This document shows positions 1 to 6,531 of a DNA stretch of 27,230 bases, piece after piece. A model generated the notes under the pieces. The model worked only from the letters and a program-made list of their open reading frames with translations, ran no database searches and was not told where the DNA came from. The DNA is from Pseudomonadota bacterium. GTDB lineage: Bacteria > UBA10199 > 2-02-FULL-44-16 > JAAZCA01. The position numbers were made by a program, and so were the translations under genes. Numbering within the stretch: position 1 is the stretch's first letter; each line of letters opens with the position of its first letter. The stretch spans positions 1-27,230 of the forward strand of contig JBDRBN010000032.1 of NCBI GenBank assembly GCA_043822785.1. The letters are read 5' to 3'.

Positions 1-1
1 G

Positions 2-322
2 CACGATTTTCTTAAGGAATATCCAGAACATAGAGAAAAGAAGACCAAGCGCAAAAGCAGTGAAGGCAAAAAGGCGTTTGAGTCAGCTTATAAGGCATAT
101 ATTAAGAAATACCTGGCTGAACAATCTGACAAGTACGATAAGCAGTCAGCTAAAGCTGCCGAACGTTCTAAGGCTCTAAATACAAAGGTATCAGGGCTTC
201 GCAAGGCAAAGAAATTTGCGAAGGCAACGCTTGCACAGAAAAAGGCAGGTCAGGCTGATAGGGCAATTGCACAACTTACCAAACAGAAAGAGCACGTCCA
301 GGCAGCGCACAAAAGCCTATAG
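2..322 (+). CDS. 3' end of a Lys/Ala-rich hypothetical protein (partial, runs off the window start)
   Basis: Frame 2 is open from the window edge (HDFLKEYPEHREKKTKRK...HVQAAHKSL) to TAG at 320-322. No recognisable motif. Confidence 0.65.
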   Translation, partial: HDFLKEYPEHREKKTKRKSSEGKKAFESAYKAYIKKYLAEQSDKYDKQSAKAAERSKALNTKVSGLRKAKKFAKATLAQKKAGQADRAIAQLTKQKEHVQAAHKSL

Positions 323-341
323 GCTTCAAATTCCAAAATCC

Positions 342-495
342 CACTGCTGTCGCGTTAGAAGCGAAGCAATCCCCTTATAACCTGTCTTTGCAGGAGATTG
401 CTTCGTCGCTAAACGCTCCTCGCAATGACACCTCGACATGAGAAAAATGAATTCTTATATATCAATTAGTTAAGACCTCTAACGCGACAGCAGTG
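342..495. mobile_element. MITE-like non-autonomous element (154 bp)
   Basis: Perfect 18-bp inverted termini CACTGCTGTCGCGTTAGA (342-359) and TCTAACGCGACAGCAGTG (478-495), flanked by the direct repeat CAAAATCC (334-341 and 496-503). No ORF inside. Confidence 0.8.
361..430. repeat. Truncated REP-like palindromic unit (TGTCATTGCGAG...GAAGCAATC family) inside the MITE
   Basis: CGAAGCAATC...GATTGCTTCG hairpin followed by CTCCTCGCAATGACA. Its reverse complement closely resembles 25631-25669. Confidence 0.7.
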
Positions 496-618
496 CAAAA
501 TCCAAATACCAAATAAGCTCCAATGACCGAATGACCAAAATTCCAAACAAAACCGTTTGGTTATTGGAATTTGGTTTATTGGAATTTATTTGGAATTTGG
601 TGCTTGGTGCTTGGAATT
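496..618. repeat. Imperfect palindrome built from ~7-nt units (CCAAAT../TTGGAAT..)
   Basis: CCAAATA/CCAAAAT/TTCCAAA-type units are followed by TTGGAAT/TTGGTGC-type units. The left tip AAATTCCAA (328-336) lies on the other side of the MITE. Confidence 0.65.
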
Positions 619-1035
619 TTAGATATCAAATATAATTTCCGCTTTCCACTTTCCATCCTTTGTCTTCTCAACTAGCAGCTTATGATATGTGACAGCTTTT
701 ATGTCTAACTTCTGGTCATGGCGCGTACTGTCGAATTTTAGACCCTTTGCCAAACCATCTAGATGAGTCTCGTCTATTTCATCTATATAGAATTTTGAAA
801 GCACTAAGCGGCGGGTTTCAAATACAAAGAGCAACTCGGATAGCCATCTGACCATGAGTTGATCAACGGATGGAGCCTTAATAGAAATAGGAACATCTAT
901 TGAAGGTATGAAAGAGCGTTTGGACTCTACAATCAGATCAAAAAACGCTTCTGCTGCATGCACAAAGAGCTCCTCTAATGAGGAGCCCTTAACCCTAATG
1001 CCTATGTCTGCAGTATGGTCTATGATTTCGTACAT
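619..1035 (-). CDS. Archease (RtcB RNA-ligase cofactor family)
   Basis: N-terminal YEIIDHTADIG, IKAVTYH motif, C-terminal IFDI; 138 aa is typical for archease. Confidence 0.93.
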   Translation of the reverse strand: MYEIIDHTADIGIRVKGSSLEELFVHAAEAFFDLIVESKRSFIPSIDVPISIKAPSVDQLMVRWLSELLFVFETRRLVLSKFYIDEIDETHLDGLAKGLKFDSTRHDQKLDIKAVTYHKLLVEKTKDGKWKAEIIFDI

Positions 1036-1040
1036 CTAAA

Positions 1041-1129
1041 ATCAGTGATCAGTAACCAGTAATCAGTGACCAGTAAAAAACAGGCTCTTCGCCGTCTACT
1101 GATCACTGGTTACTGGTCACTAGTCACTG
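1041..1129. repeat. Inverted pair of 7-mer tandem arrays (AYCAGTR)n/(YACTGRT)n
   Basis: ATCAGTG ATCAGTA ACCAGTA ATCAGTG ACCAGTA (1041-1075) faces TACTGAT CACTGGT TACTGGT CACTAGT CACTG (1097-1129). Confidence 0.85.
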
Positions 1130-1132
1130 CCT

Positions 1133-1567
1133 TTACACCCAATCATATTTCACTATTTCGCCCGGCTCAAAGAAATAGGCAACTTCGAACTTAGCCGTCT
1201 CTGGGGCGTCTGAGCCGTGAACAGCGTTGCGCTCTATGTTTGTGCCAAAATCGCGACGTATTGTGCCTTCGGCTGCTTCTTCAGGATTGGTCACGCCCAT
1301 GGTATCGCGCCATGTAGTGATGGCGGCATTGCCTTCTAGCACCATGACGATACACGGATCAGATGTCATGAACTTAACGAGGCTATCGAAGAAGGGCTTG
1401 TCCTTGTGAACAGCGTAAAAGCCTTCGGTGCGGGGTTTGTCGAGGTGCAACATCTTCATGCCCACAATTTTCAAGTTGGCTTCATCGATGCGCTTGCATA
1501 TTTCGCCGATGATTCCTTTTTCGACTGAATCGGGTTTAATGATAGCCAAAGTGTATTCAGCGTTCAT
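1133..1567 (-). CDS. ndk: Nucleoside diphosphate kinase
   Basis: [16 protein letters not shown] and catalytic NAVHGSD motifs; RBS (AAGGAG) upstream. Confidence 0.97.
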   Translation of the reverse strand: MNAEYTLAIIKPDSVEKGIIGEICKRIDEANLKIVGMKMLHLDKPRTEGFYAVHKDKPFFDSLVKFMTSDPCIVMVLEGNAAITTWRDTMGVTNPEEAAEGTIRRDFGTNIERNAVHGSDAPETAKFEVAYFFEPGEIVKYDWV

Positions 1568-1604
1568 ATACGTCTCCTTTATGTCGCACTAAATTTTAGT
1601 GAAG

Positions 1605-2456
1605 CTAACGAAGCTCCTTTGGTTTGTAAATATCCTTTTTGGCTTCATCGTCGACAGACCCCTTACCGCGTTCCTTTAAACTCTTAAGACGGGCGTCCAC
1701 GACCCCCCTGTTAGGGTAATCCTTTGCAGCGCTTTCAGTTATATATCCTGCAACGCCAAGATATCCCATCTCTTCGTAACAGGTGGCAAGATGAAGTTTT
1801 GCTTCTGAAGCAAGCTTAGACTCTGGGAATTCCTCCAATAGCCATCTGTAGTATCCTGAAGCTCTTTTATTTTTTCCTTCGAGAAAGTAACTTTCAGCTG
1901 CAAGAAAGATTGCCTGTTCTAGAATATCTTTTGGAACTTGCGGATCCTCCAATATGGGCTTTATCTCGACCTTGGCTTGCCTGTAATCCTTCATGGAGAG
2001 ATACACACCAGCCACCAGAATGCGGTAATGCATGTTTCTAGAGTCGTTCCCAAAGTGTTTGAGTAAGGCGGAGTAGTCTTCGATAGCACCTTCGTAATCG
2101 TTCATCTGCTCTCTTATGACAGCTCTTCTTTCTCTAGCTTCCCTGGCAGCCTGGGACAAGGGATTTTCGTCTATCACCTCACCGTATTTTTTCAGAGCTG
2201 CTTCTGTGTTGCCAAGGTTTGTTGCATGAAGATCAGCAATGCGAAGAAGAATGCCGACATGCCTGGGATCGTCTTTAAAGTCTTTTGCGATGGCATTATA
2301 TTCGTGTAAAGCAGCAACATAGTTTCCAAGGCCGATGTGGGCTTCGGCTTTTGATGCACGTTCATCAAATGAGAGATCGCCGCGGCTGCATGCCACTGCG
2401 AGAAGGCAAAACGAAAAAATGATTATAATTGCATATCTCATAATGATTGCCAGCAA
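1605..2456 (-). CDS. TPR-repeat lipoprotein (BamD/CpoB-like tetratricopeptide protein)
   Basis: Hydrophobic signal with lipobox LAVAC and repeated TPR-like helices (AIEDYSALLKHF, YYRWLLEEFPESKLASEAKLHLA). Start may be the ATG at 2441. Confidence 0.75.
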   Translation of the reverse strand: MLAIIMRYAIIIIFSFCLLAVACSRGDLSFDERASKAEAHIGLGNYVAALHEYNAIAKDFKDDPRHVGILLRIADLHATNLGNTEAALKKYGEVIDENPLSQAAREARERRAVIREQMNDYEGAIEDYSALLKHFGNDSRNMHYRILVAGVYLSMKDYRQAKVEIKPILEDPQVPKDILEQAIFLAAESYFLEGKNKRASGYYRWLLEEFPESKLASEAKLHLATCYEEMGYLGVAGYITESAAKDYPNRGVVDARLKSLKERGKGSVDDEAKKDIYKPKELR

Positions 2457-2498
2457 TGCATTGCTAGTTTTTTTTCGTTGCTGGCTTTGCTGGCGCCT

Positions 2499-4931
2499 TT
2501 ATTCACCCGAATCCTCTAGCACCTTTGCAACCGTGACCACTTTTTCTTCTTTACTAAGGCTAATAAGGCGTACGCCTTGCGTGTTGCGTCCTATATTGCT
2601 TATCTCTTTAGCCTTGGAGCGAATGATCTTTCCGCTGTCGGTGACGAGCAGTATATCGTCGGTATCGGTCACCTGCATGGCACCGACCACAGGCCCGTTT
2701 TTATCGCTCACCTTAATGGTGATGATGCCAGCGCCGCTGCGCGATTGCACACGATACTCATCACAAGCAGTGCGCTTGCCATAGCCTCGCTCAGTGACCG
2801 TGAGGATGGGAGCATCGGTAGCTAGCACTTCCATACTCACTACCTCATCGTTCTTTCTTAAAGATATGCCTCGCACTCCTCTTGCTGTGCGGCCCATGGC
2901 ACGCACATCGGTTTCGTCAAAGCGAATTGCTTGGCCATTGCGCGTTGTGAGAAATATTTGCTGCGATCCACTTGTAAGCCTTACTGAGATCAACTCATCG
3001 CCTTTGTCGATCGAGGTCGCAATTATACCTCCTGCACGAGGATTAGAATAGGACATGAGGTCAGTCTTCTTTATCACGCCTTTTCTAGTTGCCATCACCA
3101 CGAACTGTCCTTCCGTAAACTCCTTGACAGGTAGAATGGCAGCTATGTGATCATCGCTTGCCATGTTCACCAGGCCTGTTATGGCCTGCCCGCGTGCGAC
3201 TCTGCCCACCTGCGGAATTTCATGAACCTTAAGCCAATACGCTTTGCCGGAGTTGGTGAAGATGAGAATATAGTTGTGAGTGGAAGCTATGAAGAAGTCT
3301 TCTACAAAATCCTCAGCACGCGTGATCATGCCTTGCTTTCCGCGGCCGCCACGGCGCTGTGCTCTATATATGCTGATTGGATTTCGCTTGATGTAACCGC
3401 GGTGTGAGACGGTGACCACCATCTCCTCTTCCTGAATAAGATCCTCAACAGTAAGGTCCTCAGTCTTGGCTTTGATTATGGTGCGACGCTCGTCTGCATA
3501 CTTTTGCTTTATTGCTGCAAGTTCATCGCGGATAATCTTATAGAGGAGCTTTTCGTCAGCCAATATCGTTTTGAGCTCTTCTATGAGCTTTTGTATGTCC
3601 TTATGTTCGGCTATGATCTTTTCGCGCTCAAGTCCGGTAAGGCGTTGCAACCTTAGGTCAAGGATGGCTTGAGCTTGAATTTCAGAAAGATTGAAGCGCT
3701 TCATGAGAGCAGACCTAGCAACAGCCGGCTCCTTTGATTTCTTGATCAGGGCGACTACTTCATCGATGTTTTCAACTGCTGTCTTCAAACCCTCTAATAT
3801 ATGAGCGCGCTCTTGAGCTTTTCTAAGATCGTATGCAGTACGGCGGGTCACGACCTCTTTGCGATGGTCGATAAAGCGGCAGAGCGCATCCTTCAGGTTT
3901 AGGAGTTTTGGTTGACCGTTTACGATAGCCAACATGATGATGCCAAAGCTGGACTGTAAGGCTGTATGTGTATACAGTTGGTTTAGCACCACGCCTGCGA
4001 TTACGCCCCTTCTCAGCTCCACCACGATGCGCATGCCGTCGCGGTCGGATTCGTCGCGTATGTCAGAGATGCCATCTATCTTTGCGGTTCGCACGAGCTC
4101 TGCGATGCGCTCTATGAGCCGGGCCTTATTCACCTGATAGGGTATCTCGGTTATAACAATGCTTTCGCGATCGCCTTTTGCCATGGGTTCTATCATGGCG
4201 CGTGCGCGAAGCTTAATTGAGCCGCGTCCGGTTTCGTATGCGGATTTTATACCCTCCCTGCCGTGGATGAACGCACCGGTGGGGAAATCTGGCCCAGGCA
4301 CAAGCTTCATCAGATCCTTGATAGTGAGATTTGGGTTGTCGATGAGGGCTACGAGCCCGTCCACAACTTCGCCAAGATTATGGGGAGGAATCTTGGTGGC
4401 CATGCCAACTGCAATGCCGTCTGAGCCATTGATCAGGAGATTGGGCACTTTTGCGGGTAGCACGCGAGGCTCGGTAGTGGTGTTGTCAAAGTTGGGTGCA
4501 AAATCTACAGTTTCTTTGTCTATATCAGCTAGCAGCTGCTCAGCCATGGATTTGAGCCTGGCCTCTGTATAACGGTAAGCTGCGGCGGAATCGCCGTCTA
4601 TGCTGCCAAAATTGCCTTGTCCATCGATCAGCGGATAGCGCATGTTCCAATCCTGCGCCATTCTCACCAGGGTATCGTAAACCGCTGCATCGCCGTGGGG
4701 ATGATATTTCTTAAGCACTTCACCCACGACGCCTGCGCACTTGGAAAAGCGCTTGTTGGAGAGCAAACCCTCTCTATACATCGCATAAAGAATGCGGCGA
4801 TGTGCGGGCTTTAACCCGTCGCGGATATCTGGAATAGCCCTGCCTATGATCACGCTCATGGCGTAATCAAGGTAAGAACTTCTCATCTCGTCTTCTATAT
4901 TGATGGGAATAACTTCAGCAGCGTTGTTCAT
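2499..4931 (-). CDS. gyrA: DNA gyrase subunit A
   Basis: SYLDYAMSVI, HPHGD, catalytic AAYRYTEARL and GyrA-box QRRGGRG, with C-terminal beta-pinwheel repeats. AGGAGG RBS at 4941-4946 favours the ATG at 4931 over the GTG at 4937. Confidence 0.98.
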   Translation of the reverse strand: MNNAAEVIPINIEDEMRSSYLDYAMSVIIGRAIPDIRDGLKPAHRRILYAMYREGLLSNKRFSKCAGVVGEVLKKYHPHGDAAVYDTLVRMAQDWNMRYPLIDGQGNFGSIDGDSAAAYRYTEARLKSMAEQLLADIDKETVDFAPNFDNTTTEPRVLPAKVPNLLINGSDGIAVGMATKIPPHNLGEVVDGLVALIDNPNLTIKDLMKLVPGPDFPTGAFIHGREGIKSAYETGRGSIKLRARAMIEPMAKGDRESIVITEIPYQVNKARLIERIAELVRTAKIDGISDIRDESDRDGMRIVVELRRGVIAGVVLNQLYTHTALQSSFGIIMLAIVNGQPKLLNLKDALCRFIDHRKEVVTRRTAYDLRKAQERAHILEGLKTAVENIDEVVALIKKSKEPAVARSALMKRFNLSEIQAQAILDLRLQRLTGLEREKIIAEHKDIQKLIEELKTILADEKLLYKIIRDELAAIKQKYADERRTIIKAKTEDLTVEDLIQEEEMVVTVSHRGYIKRNPISIYRAQRRGGRGKQGMITRAEDFVEDFFIASTHNYILIFTNSGKAYWLKVHEIPQVGRVARGQAITGLVNMASDDHIAAILPVKEFTEGQFVVMATRKGVIKKTDLMSYSNPRAGGIIATSIDKGDELISVRLTSGSQQIFLTTRNGQAIRFDETDVRAMGRTARGVRGISLRKNDEVVSMEVLATDAPILTVTERGYGKRTACDEYRVQSRSGAGIITIKVSDKNGPVVGAMQVTDTDDILLVTDSGKIIRSKAKEISNIGRNTQGVRLISLSKEEKVVTVAKVLEDSGE

Positions 4932-4950
4932 GTGCACCTACCTCCTAAAA

Positions 4951-4983
4951 GCCAGTGATCAGTAACCAGTGACCAGTAACTAG
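4951..4983. repeat. 7-mer tandem array, same family as 1041-1075
   Basis: GCCAGTG ATCAGTA ACCAGTG ACCAGTA ACTAG, immediately upstream of the gyrA RBS. Confidence 0.8.
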
Positions 4984-5213
4984 GGCTGCTGGCCGTCCTC
5001 TTAAGAAATTAACCTTGCAGCTATAGCGTGAATTTGGGTGAAGGGTCAATGAGAACTTGAGCTCAAATTGAAGGTAATAAGGCTGCTCAAACGCATATAA
5101 TAAGGGGGTTTCCGGCTACAGATGAAGCACAATCGGTCAATCTGCTCAAGGGATGGGCTGTCCACCCGCTCCCGCTAACGCAGAATTAATCGCGTCTGCC
5201 CAAAGCTTTTTGT

Positions 5214-5242
5214 TTGACATGCTCATGCCGGATGCGTAAATT
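5214..5242 (+). promoter_or_regulatory. Sigma70-type promoter for the HU gene
   Basis: TTGACA (5214-5219), 17-nt spacer, TAAATT (5237-5242). Confidence 0.65.
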
Positions 5243-5329
5243 CTGCTCCACGGACGACAGCTGATGCATGCACATCAACGGCTAGCAGCAGCCGATGTCT
5301 GAATCCAATCTATGAAAGGGGGTGAGCTC

Positions 5330-5599
5330 ATGACAAAGGCCGAACTCATTAACTACATCGCTAAGGATTGCAAGTGTTCTAAGACAATGGCAGAGACAGT
5401 GCTCAATGCTGTAACGCACAATATTGCAAAGTGTCTGCGCAAGAAAGACAAGATCACGTTGACCGGTTTTGGCACATTCTACGTTTCAAAGCGTCGTGCT
5501 CGCACAGGTCGTAACCCGCAGACGGGCGCCGAGATTCAGATCAAGGCTCGTAACGTTCCGCGTTTCAAGCCAGGCAAGCAGCTTAAGGAGTGGGTGTAG
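5330..5599 (+). CDS. hup: HU family DNA-binding protein
   Basis: MTKAELI...LTGFGTF...RTGRNPQTG...PRFKPGKQLK. The ATG at 5330 follows the RBS-like AAAGGGGGTG. Confidence 0.96.
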   Translation: MTKAELINYIAKDCKCSKTMAETVLNAVTHNIAKCLRKKDKITLTGFGTFYVSKRRARTGRNPQTGAEIQIKARNVPRFKPGKQLKEWV

Positions 5600-5621
5600 A
5601 AGCTACTTTCGAAGAGTTTTC

Positions 5622-5652
5622 AAAAAAGGCGCCCAGAAGGAGCGCCTTTTTT
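5622..5652 (+). terminator. Rho-independent terminator after hup
   Basis: AAAAAAGGCGC-CCAGAAGGA-GCGCCTTTTTT hairpin with a T-tract. Confidence 0.8.
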
Positions 5653-5685
5653 GCATCTTGCCAAACTGTGTAAAGAATGAAATCT

Positions 5686-5711
5686 TTAGAAATTGGAAAT
5701 TAGAAATTAGA
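5686..5711. repeat. 7-mer array (TTRGAAA)n
   Basis: TTAGAAA TTGGAAA TTAGAAA TTAGA; the same string recurs at 22264-22291. Confidence 0.75.
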
Positions 5712-5738
5712 GGAAAAATTTGCTGTCGCAAATTTTTT

Positions 5739-6023
5739 GCGCCCGTAGCTCAGTGGATAGAGCATCAGCCTTCCCCCGACGTGGCATCGTTTTTTGCATG
5801 AGCAAAAAACGATTACGGGTGTGATCGGCGGGCCCATAGCTCAGTGGATCGAGCATCGGCCTTCTAAGCAGAGGGTCGCAGGTTCGAGTCCTGCTGGGCC
5901 CGCCGATCACATAATGCATGCCATGTCGAGGGTCCTCGATCCGGCTGATGATTTTTACCACAGGAAAAATCATGCCGGATCGGGATAAGCCGAGGGTCCC
6001 AGGTTCGAATCCTGGTGGGCGCG
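5739..6023 (+). tRNA. Interrupted tRNA-Arg (reconstructed anticodon TCT): 5' half 5739-5773, 3' half 5986-6023, 212-nt insert
   Basis: GCGCCCG-TA-GCTC AGTGGATA GAGC-A-TCAGC CTTC | TAA GCCGA GGGTC CCAGG TTCGAAT CCTGG TGGGCGC G. The joined halves give a 73-nt cloverleaf with a matching acceptor stem and A20 (Arg identity). There is one A-C mismatch in the anticodon stem, and CTA follows in place of CCA. It may be a pseudogene. Confidence 0.75.
5830..5902 (+). tRNA. tRNA-Arg(TCT) nested inside the interrupted tRNA
   Basis: GGGCCCA/TGGGCCC acceptor stem, GCTC/GAGC D-stem, loop CT-TCT-AA (anticodon 5863-5865), GCAGG-TTCGAGT-CCTGC T-arm. Atypical C21, G-A mismatch in the anticodon stem, and CCG instead of CCA. 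Confidence 0.85.
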
Positions 6024-6032
6024 CTACGTAAA

Positions 6033-6057
6033 AAAATGGGGCCGATGGCCCCATTTT
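6033..6057 (+). terminator. Terminator-like hairpin after the tRNA locus
   Basis: AAAATGGGGCC-GAT-GGCCCCATTTT perfect 11-bp stem. Confidence 0.75.
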
Positions 6058-6125
6058 CACGTGGCTTCGCCAATCACTTTATTACCCTCTCCCTTCTTGT
6101 GACGATCCATGCTAAACTGCAACCC

Positions 6126-6530
6126 ATGCCGATAACGCCTAAAAAGGAAAACGCCCTTCGGCTGCGCATGAATGCCCTTGGAATCAAAGAGAGCGATTTG
6201 CAGGAAAAATTCGTGCGTTCTGCTGGCCCTGGTGGGCAGAGAAAAAATAAAGTGTCCACGTGCGTGATGCTCACGCATAGCCCTAGCGGCATTCAGGTAA
6301 AATGCCAGAAGACGCGCATACAGGCGCTCAATCGCTATTATGCGCGAACGATTTTGATAGAAAAGCTCGAACAGAAGATTCTTGGAAAAAAAAGTGCTCT
6401 TGAACAGAAACGCTGGAAGATAAGAAAGCAAAAGCAGCGCCGTTCGCGTAAAGCAAAGGTTAAAATGCTAGAAGAAAAGAGGCGCCAGTCAGAAAAGAAG
6501 CAATTGAGGAGAAAGGTGGGCTTTGAGTAA
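6126..6530 (+). CDS. ArfB-like peptidyl-tRNA hydrolase (RF-1 domain ribosome rescue factor)
   Basis: FVRSAGPGGQ motif, NKVSTCV, and a strongly basic C-terminal tail. The ORF-track start at 6015 overlaps the tRNA, so the ATG at 6126 is preferred. Confidence 0.85.
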   Translation: MPITPKKENALRLRMNALGIKESDLQEKFVRSAGPGGQRKNKVSTCVMLTHSPSGIQVKCQKTRIQALNRYYARTILIEKLEQKILGKKSALEQKRWKIRKQKQRRSRKAKVKMLEEKRRQSEKKQLRRKVGFE

Positions 6531-6531
6531 A

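Noticed and set aside
5774..5985. Group I intron in tRNA-Arg
   Set aside because: No recognisable P3/P4/P6/P7 core. Boundaries restoring TCT do not give the U-before-5'-site and terminal-G pattern. A third of the insert is a tRNA. An Infernal search would settle it.
5765..5993. Canonical archaeal bulge-helix-bulge splice motif at the insert junctions
   Set aside because: Only a relaxed version can be drawn (TTCC/GGGA helix with uneven bulges), which is not enough to claim.
5986..6023. attR-type tRNA 3' duplication from an integrated prophage or ICE
   Set aside because: No integrase or cargo is present. The fragment differs from the inner tRNA in acceptor and T stems and instead complements the upstream 5' half.
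5469..6073. ORFs 5469-5801, 5707-6060, 5794-5988 and 5864-6073
   Set aside because: They overlap hup or the tRNA locus and translate tRNA sequence (e.g. APVAQWIEH, PPGFEPGT), so they are spurious.
6126..6530. PrfH (RtcB2-associated release factor homolog)
   Set aside because: The short single GGQ domain with a basic tail fits ArfB-like factors, and no adjacent rtcB is present.
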